This document shows positions 28,943 to 38,868 of a stretch of 64,000 nucleotides of DNA, in pieces (the first letter of the stretch is position 1; every line of letters starts with the position of its first letter). A model generated the notes under the pieces. The model ran no database searches. It was not told the DNA's origin and was given only the letters and a program-made list of their open reading frames with translations. The position numbers were made by a program, and so were the translations under genes. The stretch is taken from NCBI GenBank assembly GCA_011523685.1, contig WTGG01000027.1, positions 52,980 through 116,979 of the forward strand, given 5' to 3'. Source of the DNA: Coxiellaceae bacterium. Its GTDB lineage: Bacteria; Pseudomonadota; Gammaproteobacteria; Coxiellales; Coxiellaceae.

Positions 28943-29311
28943 ATGCAAAATAATACAGGGACCAATCGACTAGAAACCCCGCTGCTCCAAAATGACCAAA
29001 ACACAGAATGCTCCCCATGCTGTGAACGTGTAGGGTTTGCATTTGGTTTAGCATTCTTGGGCACATTCATATGGTACGCATTAACTCATTCACCTCAACC
29101 AGGCGTTACCAGAAGAGTCACAGAGAATGACAACGTTGATTCATTACCTTTGTTACCGATCTCATTGCTTGGGCTTGCTGCGGTGATAACTTTGACGAAG
29201 ACTAACAGTATTCAAAATTTTTCATTGGGGTCGCTATTCAGCGAACAGACTTCGAAAATAAAAGAAGACCCAACAGATGTTGAACAAGGCCTCACGCCAT
29301 CTACCCATTAA
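28943..29311 (+). CDS. small hypothetical membrane protein (122 aa, 2 TM)
   Basis: Start at ATG 28943 behind GAGGAGAG. Hydrophobic segments VGFAFGLAFLGTFIWYAL and LLPISLLGLAAVITL. Confidence 0.5.
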   Translation: MQNNTGTNRLETPLLQNDQNTECSPCCERVGFAFGLAFLGTFIWYALTHSPQPGVTRRVTENDNVDSLPLLPISLLGLAAVITLTKTNSIQNFSLGSLFSEQTSKIKEDPTDVEQGLTPSTH

Positions 29312-29341
29312 GTCATAGGTAATTAATCAACATCACACGGA

Positions 29342-31162
29342 TTACGACTGGTCAGACAATGCGAACCATTGCTGCTCTTTGTCATCCAGTGTTTGTTGCA
29401 ATGTCTGTTGTCGAGCAAGGGTTTTTTGCAATTGCTCGGCTTGATCTGTTTCATACAAACTGACATCAGCCAGCTTTGACTCAATGGTTTTTAATTGTTG
29501 CGTGAGCTTATCAATCTCACGTTCCAATTGTTTTAGCTGTTTTGTCTCGGCTCGGGACATCACCTTCGGTTGCTGAGCATTCTCTGACTCTACTGGCTGC
29601 GAGGACAAACACAGCGTTTGATAGTCGGATAAATCACCTTCGTAAGTGTGTACGCGCCCTTGATTAACCCACCACAAGGTATTGACACAACATTCGATAA
29701 AATAGCGATCGTGTGAAACCAATAACACGGCACCCGAAAAATCATTCAAGGCCATGATCAATGCTTCTCGCACCGACATGTCCAAATGGTTGGTGGGCTC
29801 ATCCAACACCAATACATTCGGCTTTTGCTCGATCAATAGTGCCAAGGCTAAACGAGCTTTTTCACCACCGGAAAATAACGATACATTGGCTGTGACTTTA
29901 TCCTGCCCAAAGCCAAATCCTCCTAAATAACTGCGCGCCTGAGTTTCAGTGAGATGATCGGCTTGTTGTAACACATGCGCTAATGGCGTTTCATCCAGAT
30001 GCAGCATGTCCAATTGCTGTTGCGAAAAATAACCGATACGGGCTTTTGGATGATGCGACACCTCACCATTAACAGGCTCTAACGCTTGAGCAAGTGACTT
30101 CAATAATGTGGACTTTCCAGAACCATTCATGCCAATCACACCAATGCGATCACCACCACCAACATTCAGTTCCACGTGTTTTAAAATCACCTGGTCGCCG
30201 TAGCCACAATCAGCTCTGATGCTAATAGCCGGATAACCAACGGGCGTGCTATCAAAGAATTGCATCGATAACGCCTGCTCTTCTTGCAGGTCTGAACTAG
30301 TAGAAAGCTTTTCAATTGCCTTCATGCGACTTTGTGCTTGTTTTGCTTTCGTCGCTTTAGCTCGAAAGCGATCAACGAAGGATTGTAAATGCTGTTGTTG
30401 CTTTATAATTTTTTGATTGGATTTATCTTGTAGGACCAAAGCTTCTTGAAACTGCCGTGCAAATGAGGAGTAGTTGCCTTGAGACAAACGCAAACGTTGA
30501 TGCATGATCGATACGGTATGTGTAGTCACACGATCGAGAAAATCACGGTCATGTGAAATCACCATCAATAACCCTGGGTAGGTGTTCAACCAGGATTCCA
30601 ACCACATAATGGTTTCAAGATCGAGATGATTAGTGGGCTCGTCCAACAACAAGACATCGGAGGGTGCCAACAAGACGCGCGCTAATTGCAAACGCATTTG
30701 CCAACCACCAGAAAAATCGCTAACCGGTTGATGATAAGTTGACGGCGCAAAACCTAAACCATTGAGTAGAGTCGCGACACGACTCTCCATGCGATAACCA
30801 TCAATCACTTGCATAGCTTCATAACATTCTGCAAGGACTGCACCATCGTTCACCGCTTCAGCGGCTGTAATACGCGCATGCAATTGCATCCACTGTGTAT
30901 CCGCAGAACGCACGTATTCAAACGCGCTTAAATCCGTATCGGGTAATGCTTGTTGCAAGTGCACCACTTGCCATGCAGATGGCCACTGCACCCTACCCTG
31001 GTCCTCGTGTAACTCGCCCAGTAATAATTTGAATAATGAGGTTTTACCCGCACCATTACGACCGACCACACCGACCTTGTATGTCGACTCCAGCCGCAGG
31101 CTCGCCTGCTCTAACAGCACACTGGTGCCACGACGAAGGGTAATCTCAGACAGTTGTAACAT
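29342..31162 (-). CDS. yheS: ABC-F family ATPase (YheS-like)
   Basis: Two ABC cassettes (GRNGAGKTS, GMNGSGKST; LSGGWQMRL, FSGGEKARL) with no TM domain. DRFRAKATKAKQAQSR linker and C-terminal coiled coil, collinear with E. coli YheS. Confidence 0.85.
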   Translation of the reverse strand: MLQLSEITLRRGTSVLLEQASLRLESTYKVGVVGRNGAGKTSLFKLLLGELHEDQGRVQWPSAWQVVHLQQALPDTDLSAFEYVRSADTQWMQLHARITAAEAVNDGAVLAECYEAMQVIDGYRMESRVATLLNGLGFAPSTYHQPVSDFSGGWQMRLQLARVLLAPSDVLLLDEPTNHLDLETIMWLESWLNTYPGLLMVISHDRDFLDRVTTHTVSIMHQRLRLSQGNYSSFARQFQEALVLQDKSNQKIIKQQQHLQSFVDRFRAKATKAKQAQSRMKAIEKLSTSSDLQEEQALSMQFFDSTPVGYPAISIRADCGYGDQVILKHVELNVGGGDRIGVIGMNGSGKSTLLKSLAQALEPVNGEVSHHPKARIGYFSQQQLDMLHLDETPLAHVLQQADHLTETQARSYLGGFGFGQDKVTANVSLFSGGEKARLALALLIEQKPNVLVLDEPTNHLDMSVREALIMALNDFSGAVLLVSHDRYFIECCVNTLWWVNQGRVHTYEGDLSDYQTLCLSSQPVESENAQQPKVMSRAETKQLKQLEREIDKLTQQLKTIESKLADVSLYETDQAEQLQKTLARQQTLQQTLDDKEQQWFALSDQS

Positions 31163-31219
31163 GCGTATTCCTCACAAAAAGTCGTTGCACTGTAACAGAC
31201 CCATCAGATCATCTCAAAA
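31016..31219. repeat. direct repeat copy 1 (native yheS 5' end plus promoter region)
   Basis: About 205 bp, visibly near-identical to 32303-32509 in the same orientation. Confidence 0.8.
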
Positions 31220-31359
31220 TACACGCTAACAAAACCAATGATTAAAACACTGTCACTATGCCAAAAAACCTGAATAAACAGTGATTTAAACCTATGAAAA
31301 GGAAATCCTAGAATAATTGGTCTACAATTTGAATACAACAAATAATCAGGAGAAACGAC

Positions 31360-31809
31360 ATGACCTCTGTAGTAAAAAAATCCCTATATTTCATCTTAGG
31401 TTTTTGCTTGATCTTGCCGATGGTCAATAACTCAGCCGTTGCCCGTAATATAGTGTTTACGTGCCTAACAGTTAGTAATCACAACTGTCAAGCAGGATCT
31501 CATATAACAGATCGCCAGCGAGATGCCGTTGATAGAGAGTTACGAAGTAATGGTCTTCGATTTGCGAGTTCTCCGGCCATAAGATGTGAAGGTTCATCAG
31601 CCTTAGGAGGTCATTTTAGACAGTTAATGGGAGAACGATATCAATATTGCACCCGGCAATCAATTGTTAGGATAGAGAGGCGCGCGCCCATCACTGGAGA
31701 AGATATAAGAACTATAAGGACAATACTGGAAAACCATGGCATTAGAGCGTTGAGTTCGCCTTTGTCTAGCTGCCCGGTAACATGTCGGAGTCACGCAGGC
31801 CAGTGGTAA
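31360..31809 (+). CDS. secreted hypothetical protein with two internal modules
   Basis: Signal peptide (LILPMVNNSAVA). Internal repeat ITDRQRDAVDRELRSNGLRFASSP / ITGEDIRTIRTILENHGIRALSSP, each followed by Cys. Confidence 0.6.
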   Translation: MTSVVKKSLYFILGFCLILPMVNNSAVARNIVFTCLTVSNHNCQAGSHITDRQRDAVDRELRSNGLRFASSPAIRCEGSSALGGHFRQLMGERYQYCTRQSIVRIERRAPITGEDIRTIRTILENHGIRALSSPLSSCPVTCRSHAGQW

Positions 31810-31858
31810 TATGTAATAGTCACGCAGGTTGATATCACAAACTTGTCAATGTCCTTAA

Positions 31859-32227
31859 TGCTTATTTTGGAGGCTTACAACAGAGATCATTAAAATATGC
31901 CTTGATACTGCTAACCGAAATACTCCAATATCATCAAAGCAATTCGAAATCCTTGGTAAAGAGTTACTAAAAGTAGATCTTCGATATGGTGGCACAAACC
32001 ACACGCGGTGTGTTTATTATCTTTACCCGATCAGACGCAACGCTAAAATGGAACAACAATGCGGTGATCGACGCATGCATTGCTCACTGATTTCATTTGT
32101 TAGAACAGATAGAAGAAACCTCAATTCAACAGACATGATACATATTAGGAAAATACTGAAGAAAGTTAATATTAAAACAATGACTCGCGAGATCAATAAC
32201 AACTGCACACTAAGGTGTTTTCGTTAG
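31859..32227 (+). pseudogene. start-less degenerate tandem paralog of 31360-31809
   Basis: A 122-codon open frame with no usable start. Its modules PISSKQFEILGKELLKVDLRYGGTNHTRC and NLNSTDMIHIRKILKKVNIKTMTREINNNC parallel the two modules of the upstream gene. Confidence 0.45.
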
Positions 32228-32292
32228 TTGTTTATTTACCCCGCTAATTACTTGATGCAGAATACATGGCCCTTCATTTCACGCATATGCTT

Positions 32293-32454
32293 TTATTCAT
32301 GCAATTTGCCCAGTAATAGTTTGAATAGCGTGGTTTTACAAGCACCATGACGACCAACCACACCGACCTTGCATGTCGACTCCATCCGCAGAGTCGCCTG
32401 TTCTAACAGCACACTGGTGCCACGACGAAGGGTAATCACAGACAGCTGTAACAT
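32293..32454 (-). pseudogene. truncated duplicate of the yheS 5' end (53 codons)
   Basis: MLQLSVITLRRGTSVLLEQATLRMESTCKVGVVGRHGACKTTLFKLLLGKLHE* compared with YheS MLQLSEITLRRGTSVLLEQASLRLESTYKVGVVGRNGAGKTSLFKLLLGELHE. The Walker A is degenerate. Confidence 0.8.
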
Positions 32455-32509
32455 ACATATTCCTCACAAAAAGTCGTTGCACTGTAACACCCATAAAGGC
32501 ATCTCAAAA
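32303..32509. repeat. direct repeat copy 2 of the yheS 5' end/promoter
   Basis: Aligns with 31016-31219, including CTCACAAAAAGTCGTTGCACTGTAACA upstream of the ATG. Confidence 0.8.
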
Positions 32510-32617
32510 CGGTAAACGGCACTAAAAACCTGATGATAAACGAAAAATTTCATATTTCCTTAAGCTTTTGACTGTATAATGACTCTATAGATAATACTTT
32601 CAAGAGAAAATAGCGAT

Positions 32618-33178
32618 ATGCCTGAGAGCAAAAAACCTATGGAACTAGAACCACTACGCAGCACAAAAGAAAAACAAATACTTAACAAGCTAATAGGAGA
32701 AATATGGCCTGGGGGTATTCACAATCCAAACTTATACGTAGGTATCAAGAGAGATGAGATTAAAACAATCATTGGATATGCTCCCCGTGAGATATGCGCC
32801 TTACTAGGCAAGTCAAATGAATACACTAAAATATATAAAGACGAAGATATACAAACCGCACAAGCAATTTTTCAATGCGAGGATATAACGCCCACTTCGC
32901 AACAGCCTAGCTTGCTCAGCTGGTTTTGGCGTACTCCTCCAACACCAACCAAACGGTACAGCATTAAAGTTGAGGGGAAGGACGATATCATTCTTGGTAT
33001 AACCAGAGAAAGACAACAAGGTGTTATTTATCTTGACAAAGCAGATGAAAGCAAACCACTTTGCAAACTTGCCTTTTTTTGGAGTGAATTAAATCCTGGA
33101 AACGACCTACAATATTTTTTGGAACACTTAAATACACACATAGCAAATCACGCGTGTCAAACTCAATTGAGTAGTTAA
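32618..33178 (+). CDS. hypothetical protein (186 aa)
   Basis: ORF with TATAAT-like -10 (GACTGTATAATG) about 45 nt upstream. No known domain. Confidence 0.55.
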   Translation: MPESKKPMELEPLRSTKEKQILNKLIGEIWPGGIHNPNLYVGIKRDEIKTIIGYAPREICALLGKSNEYTKIYKDEDIQTAQAIFQCEDITPTSQQPSLLSWFWRTPPTPTKRYSIKVEGKDDIILGITRERQQGVIYLDKADESKPLCKLAFFWSELNPGNDLQYFLEHLNTHIANHACQTQLSS

Positions 33179-33592
33179 CAAGATAACATATAACCAACCA
33201 CCATCTAACAAGGGTAATGTACCCTACCGATAAAACGCCTTGAATAAAACACTAGAACAAGCTGCGCCATCCAAATCAACAAACGGACAATGCCTTCAGT
33301 GTGCTAAACTGGCATAGTGTTCTTAATGTCACATGATATGAAATAGCCTGAAACCTCACAGGGCAGCTCTGGCTGACAACTCACTAAGAAATTGAATACT
33401 TATTTTTAAAAAAACATTCAAGCCACTCCCCTGACATATTAACAGAGCATAATGACAACTTTGGCATCTACAGACGTGATAATAACAATCTGAAACACCT
33501 CAAATATAAACCCACATATATATGAGATGATTGTTTTTGAATAAACACTGTGATATCACAACAGTATTGCAACAACCATTAGGCAATCCATC

Positions 33593-34147
33593 ATGCTCGT
33601 GGAATCCACCATGTTACCACTGGGAACTCCTGCACCCCAGTTCAAACTGATTAACTGCATTGACCAGCAAGCTTGGTCACTGTCACAACAAACCGTTAAC
33701 CAAGCTGTAGTGGTGATATTCATGTGCAACCACTGCCCGTATGTTGCGCATATCATTGAAGAACTAGTGCTTTGTGCTAATGACTACATGGATCGGGGCA
33801 TCGCATTTGTCGCCATCAATGCCAATGATGTCACGCAATACCCCGATGACTCACCAGAAAAAATGACAGCATTTGCACATCAACACAGCATCCCATTTCC
33901 CTATTGTTTTGATGACACACAGGCGGTAGCAAAAGCTTATCAAGCGGCCTGCACACCGGATCTATTTGTGTTTGATCAACAACACCATTGCGTATATCGC
34001 GGCCGGTTTGATAACAGCACCCCTGGAAATGATGAGCCTGTTACGGGTGCTGATTTACGACAAGCCTTAGACTGTATTTTATTAGAGCACCCCCTTTCAG
34101 AAAGACAACTACCGAGCATGGGTTGTAATATTAAGTGGAAAAAATAG
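33593..34147 (+). CDS. thioredoxin-fold thiol-disulfide oxidoreductase (AhpC/TSA-redoxin family)
   Basis: GTPAPQFKL...VVVIFMCNHCPYV CxxC motif and length typical of redoxin-family proteins. The start may be Met at 33611. Confidence 0.75.
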   Translation: MLVESTMLPLGTPAPQFKLINCIDQQAWSLSQQTVNQAVVVIFMCNHCPYVAHIIEELVLCANDYMDRGIAFVAINANDVTQYPDDSPEKMTAFAHQHSIPFPYCFDDTQAVAKAYQAACTPDLFVFDQQHHCVYRGRFDNSTPGNDEPVTGADLRQALDCILLEHPLSERQLPSMGCNIKWKK

Positions 34148-34334
34148 CAATAACTGACTATAAAACAACCTGCCCTATTTTTTACACCTAGTAGTCAAAG
34201 ATAAAATGATCAATCCCTAGCAATCACCCTCAATGACTGTAAAATAAATAACACATTAAATACCAACTGAGCCTCCCTTATGCACACGTCAACCCGGCGA
34301 TTCAAATAATCACCCATCACATATACGAAATCCT

Positions 34335-35615
34335 ATGAATGCACACAACACGACAAGCTTCGATCAAAACCAATCTTTAAGTTCTGATCACCATCTCCCT
34401 CTAGGAATCATCCTCCTGATCATAGCTACGTTATTTTTTTGTTATGAGCTTTTTTTAAGAACTTTTATTGGATCATTAGCAGACCAGATTATTCCCAGCC
34501 TTCACCTCAACACACAAACCTATGCCACCATGGCCTCCGTATATTATTGTGTATTTGGCCTGATGCAAATGCCTGCGGGTATCATTTATGATAAATACCC
34601 TATTGAACGAGTCTTATTTGGCGCAATTGCATTATGTGTACTATCCTCAATGATGTTTAACCATGCTCACTACTTTCCATTCGCCTGCCTATCTCGAGTA
34701 CTCACAGCGATGGCCTCTGCATTCGCATTCATGGGAATTTGCAAGATCATTACGCTCTATTTTCCAAGTCGGTGGTTTGGCGTCCTATGCGGTATCTCAC
34801 AGTTGATCGCCATGATGGGGGCCATGCTTGCAACAGGACCCTTAGTGAGCTATCAACAGCACATGAACTGGCATACCGCGATCCATCAACTTAATCTCGT
34901 TGGCATCGTAATCATCCTAATGACATTCACAACACTTTTCCTAGCAAAAAAAACTGTCCGTAAAAGTCTAGTCACATTATTACCGGCTCGTGTTATACAA
35001 GATGTCGCCATGTTATTAAAAAAAAGATCCGTGATTCTATTAGCCTGCTATACAGCATTTAATTACGTACCACTGTCATGTCTCTGTGTCGTTTGGGGAA
35101 CGTTATTCCTAGAAACATCAGGACTATCACAGCAGCAAGCTGCCAATGCGATTGCTTTTGGGTGGATAGGCTATGCCATCATGTGCCCGGTCATCGGATA
35201 CCTCTATCGCTGCACCCATTCAGGTCGCCAACTCATGATCATTTTTTCTTTAATTGGCGCAATCGCTATGATCAAATTGCTAACATTAAATAACGCACCG
35301 ATGATCACCTACATCATCCTGTTATTCCTCATTGGAAGCAGCGCCAGTGGGCAAATAGTAGCATTCACCATCGTATCTGAAATCACAGAGACAAACCGTA
35401 AAGCAACTGCACTAGGACTCAACAATACATTGATTTTTTTACTCAATGTCACAACGCCTATCTGCATCAGTCATGCTATGGTGATACTACACTCACTGCC
35501 CGTTACCATCAGCACACATAATGTGTACTCGCTGTCGCTCTTGATCATTCCACTGCTCTTCATCATGAGTATCATTTTTGTTATGATGCTCAAAAAAAGT
35601 GACATACCCTCATGA
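34335..35615 (+). CDS. MFS transporter (12 TM)
   Basis: 426 aa, 12 hydrophobic helices, MFS loop motif (GIIYDKYPIERVL). Confidence 0.75.
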   Translation: MNAHNTTSFDQNQSLSSDHHLPLGIILLIIATLFFCYELFLRTFIGSLADQIIPSLHLNTQTYATMASVYYCVFGLMQMPAGIIYDKYPIERVLFGAIALCVLSSMMFNHAHYFPFACLSRVLTAMASAFAFMGICKIITLYFPSRWFGVLCGISQLIAMMGAMLATGPLVSYQQHMNWHTAIHQLNLVGIVIILMTFTTLFLAKKTVRKSLVTLLPARVIQDVAMLLKKRSVILLACYTAFNYVPLSCLCVVWGTLFLETSGLSQQQAANAIAFGWIGYAIMCPVIGYLYRCTHSGRQLMIIFSLIGAIAMIKLLTLNNAPMITYIILLFLIGSSASGQIVAFTIVSEITETNRKATALGLNNTLIFLLNVTTPICISHAMVILHSLPVTISTHNVYSLSLLIIPLLFIMSIIFVMMLKKSDIPS

Positions 35616-36862
35616 GTGAAACCTGCACTAACCAATCTCAGACCGCCACACAAATAGGCATATTGCTTTCTGCCATCGCATGCTCAGCTGTCTGCACAGC
35701 ATCTGTCTACGATTACTGGTATCCCGATGGTAGCTCGCAACACTCAGCACCTTGGTATATTCATACGCTAGCAGCTATGTCAATGACTTCTAGTGCGACA
35801 ATGAATGTGAGTTACTACTTCTGGACCATTCGGAACTTTCAATATCGGTTCAAGCAAGGCTATGAGCATTTCATTAACGGTCATATTAATGCAATACATA
35901 TTGGATTAATTGCTCTTGCAGGAATCCTACAAATGGGGACCATGTACTCATCTTGTCGAATTACAATCAACGCTTCACCGACATCGTTTCAAATTCCAAT
36001 AGGCCTAGCCTCAGTAATCTTAACCCTGTGTGAGGCCATGTCACGCTGCAATGCCGTGACTGAGTGTTTTATAGAGTACCCTCTTATTTTTGGACAATCT
36101 AACCACCAAAGCTCAGACACAGAAAACAGTAACCACACACTGTATCATCGCTACTTTAAACGCTGGCATCTATTGAATGACCATGAAAAAAGTACAGTTC
36201 AAGAATATCTTTCAGGTAATTTTGACAGTCTTGATCTTAGCAAGAAGTCACCCAATGTATTCTACAAAATGCCATGGCTTTGCCTGCCTGGCATCGCTAT
36301 CTGTATAAACTTTATTATCTTTTATGCACTGAATGATATCTGGAAAAATGAGCAGCACCATCAAGACATGGACCTAGCAAAAATCCTGGTGAGTTTTATG
36401 CTTTCTTTACCGAGCCTGATGCTTTCTGGGCTTTTTTTGAATGACAGTTTAATCCAGCTCGCATCACTGCATAGCGTACTTCACAGACACTTCACCAACA
36501 GCTGCCAGTCATCACTGGCTTTTGGAGCATCGCTCTTAGCATTTGCTTTTTCGTTTGCTGGATTCACCTTCCTAGCTGAACAATGCCTAAAATCACCGCC
36601 CTATTCATCCATCAATGACATACTAGGCGGATACATACTAGCCTCAGCTGCAATAACATCAGTACTTAGCAATGGATTTACTGGCAGCGCATTGATTATC
36701 CAACGATGCGAACCAAAGGCTTCGAAACAACAGGGTGAGCTCTATCAACACATCATACAAAGACTCTTTCATGAAAAAAATAGCAACAAAGCTCGTGAAA
36801 AATCCAACTCACTCAGCGATCCCCTTATCGATACTCAATCTCTTAATGGCACTAATGCCTGA
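35612..36862 (+). CDS. hypothetical polytopic membrane protein (416 aa)
   Basis: ATGA start/stop overlap with the MFS gene. Multiple TM helices, a hydrophilic central loop and C-terminal tail. No known family. Confidence 0.6.
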   Translation: MSETCTNQSQTATQIGILLSAIACSAVCTASVYDYWYPDGSSQHSAPWYIHTLAAMSMTSSATMNVSYYFWTIRNFQYRFKQGYEHFINGHINAIHIGLIALAGILQMGTMYSSCRITINASPTSFQIPIGLASVILTLCEAMSRCNAVTECFIEYPLIFGQSNHQSSDTENSNHTLYHRYFKRWHLLNDHEKSTVQEYLSGNFDSLDLSKKSPNVFYKMPWLCLPGIAICINFIIFYALNDIWKNEQHHQDMDLAKILVSFMLSLPSLMLSGLFLNDSLIQLASLHSVLHRHFTNSCQSSLAFGASLLAFAFSFAGFTFLAEQCLKSPPYSSINDILGGYILASAAITSVLSNGFTGSALIIQRCEPKASKQQGELYQHIIQRLFHEKNSNKAREKSNSLSDPLIDTQSLNGTNA

Positions 36863-36909
36863 ATGTGTTCAGGACCAGTCTCACAACAACCACCAAAAAT
36901 TGTCGCACC

Positions 36910-37746
36910 TTATTCATAAAACTGTATAGCCCAATCACAAAAACCAATTGATGATAAATCTCCACGTTTACCTAAAAAATCCAATAGGTTTTTTCCTTGA
37001 TGTCTTTTCATAGAGTCTTCATAACCCTGATCAACCTGCGTCGTAATAAATCCATTTAATTTAAAACCAAAAGGAAGTGTTGTTGATTGTAAGACAGAAA
37101 GATTACATGCGTAGTTCTCAGGGGATATACATGAGAGGATCACACCAAGACAGTCAGCTGACGTGATCTGAGATAATACGTCCGCCAAAGACTCACCACT
37201 GGGTAACAAAGAGCCCTGAGAAATATGAATACCTACTAGAAATGGTTTGCCCATGCGTCCTGACACGTTGATCGCACACTGAATTTCTTTAAAACTACTT
37301 AGCACATCAAGATAAAAAAAATCGATGAAGGGTATTAAAAGGAGCGCTTGATCATAAAAATCAGCGGTAATTTCAGCCTCTGAGCGAGGATCAGCAGCAT
37401 AGGTGGCGTATTGTGGTGGAAGACCACCAGCAACCATTACCTGTGGATATCTGCACTTTGCTTGTTTGGCAATTTCTCCAGCTATGATATTAAGCTCATC
37501 AAAGTGATCTTCGACGTTATTTTCTCGTAATCGAAGACGACGCGCTGTAAAGGTATTGGTCACGATCACATCCGATCCTGCAGCAATAAAATCAAGATGA
37601 GTCTGATAAACTAGCTGATGAAAGTCAGGGTCTTGTAACGCAACAGCACTCCACAGCGTTCCTTTTGGCAGCATACCGCGTGCTAATAACTCTTGTCCCA
37701 TTCCACCATCCAGCAGACGAGTGGTTGAAAAAAAATTTCTATCCAT
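36910..37746 (-). CDS. homocysteine S-methyltransferase-domain protein
   Basis: LLDGGMGQELLARGM, GSDVIVTNTF and GVILSC (iNC-like). The C-terminal IGFCDW sits where GGCCG is usual. ATG at 37746 (GTG at 37788 possible). Confidence 0.65.
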   Translation of the reverse strand: MDRNFFSTTRLLDGGMGQELLARGMLPKGTLWSAVALQDPDFHQLVYQTHLDFIAAGSDVIVTNTFTARRLRLRENNVEDHFDELNIIAGEIAKQAKCRYPQVMVAGGLPPQYATYAADPRSEAEITADFYDQALLLIPFIDFFYLDVLSSFKEIQCAINVSGRMGKPFLVGIHISQGSLLPSGESLADVLSQITSADCLGVILSCISPENYACNLSVLQSTTLPFGFKLNGFITTQVDQGYEDSMKRHQGKNLLDFLGKRGDLSSIGFCDWAIQFYE

Positions 37747-38055
37747 AAATCTATCAATAACTAACGGTGGATCATGATAACAATGCACGATGAGTCTCGA
37801 AAAAGACTAGGAAGTTTTACGTCTTGTGTACAGTCTTATACCTTTCAAAAATCATATTACTCATCTTAATTCACATTCATTGAGCAAGAAAGATAAATCT
37901 CATATCAATAGAGAGATTCTGCTTAATTCATGAATGATATACACATAATCATCTCATCATGAATCATTGCTTCAACGATCGCATATTAAAAGATACATTT
38001 GTGATTTGTTTGAGTCACTAGTACCCTCAGAAAAGATTACTCAAAGGAAAGATGA

Positions 38056-38835
38056 ATGCATCAAAAAAACTACTCATGTGCATGTGTCACTGGTGCAACA
38101 TCAGGCATTGGACTGGCGTATTGCCATCATCTTGCGAGTGACGGAACTGATCTCATTCTAGTCGCTCGTGATGAAGAAACTCTGAGAGAGCTCAGTAAAA
38201 AGCTAAGTGATCAATATGGAGTTAATACTTGGTATTATCCTATCGATCTGAGCAAACGGGATTCAGCAAAAGCGCTTGTATCTGCCATGGAATTAGATCA
38301 GCTCAATATAGATTTACTGATTAATAATGCAGGACATGGCGATGTTGGCGAATTTCTTGAAGAACCATGGCAGCATCATGAAGCTTTAATACAGCTCATG
38401 CTCACATCACTGACCGAATTATGCTACCTGCTACTTCCACAATTAATAAGACAACAACAAGCCGGCATCATTAATGTGTCATCCATAGTCAGTTTGATGT
38501 CCATGCCGCTCAAGGGAAGAAAGCTACGATTATTGTATGAACCCATTAAAAGTTATGTTACAGAGTTGTCGAGGGGATTATCAAAACAATATGCTCACCA
38601 AGGTGTAAAAGTCCAAGCACTCTGTCCGGGACTGACATTATCTAATTTTCATCATCGTATCGACGAGTCAGAACTGTATTCAATAATTCCAAAGACCTTC
38701 TGGATGCAACCAGAAGCTGTGGTAAAAAGCAGTTGGCGCGCGTTGACAAAATCAAAAAGATCATGTGTGGTCAGTGGGTGGAAGAATAAACTCCTAGTTG
38801 TGATTTTTAAGGGTATTCATCTATTTCGCTTCTAA
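38056..38835 (+). CDS. short-chain dehydrogenase/reductase (SDR)
   Basis: VTGATSGIGLAY cofactor motif, NNAG, and YEPIK (YxxxK). Confidence 0.8.
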   Translation: MHQKNYSCACVTGATSGIGLAYCHHLASDGTDLILVARDEETLRELSKKLSDQYGVNTWYYPIDLSKRDSAKALVSAMELDQLNIDLLINNAGHGDVGEFLEEPWQHHEALIQLMLTSLTELCYLLLPQLIRQQQAGIINVSSIVSLMSMPLKGRKLRLLYEPIKSYVTELSRGLSKQYAHQGVKVQALCPGLTLSNFHHRIDESELYSIIPKTFWMQPEAVVKSSWRALTKSKRSCVVSGWKNKLLVVIFKGIHLFRF

Positions 38836-38868
38836 ATAAGCAACCTTTATCAAAAAAAATCATATAAA

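Noticed and set aside
33549-33560. CRP/FNR-type site (TGTGA...TCACA).
   Set aside because: The half-sites are separated by 2 nt, not the 6 nt required for CRP. Kept only as a generic palindrome.
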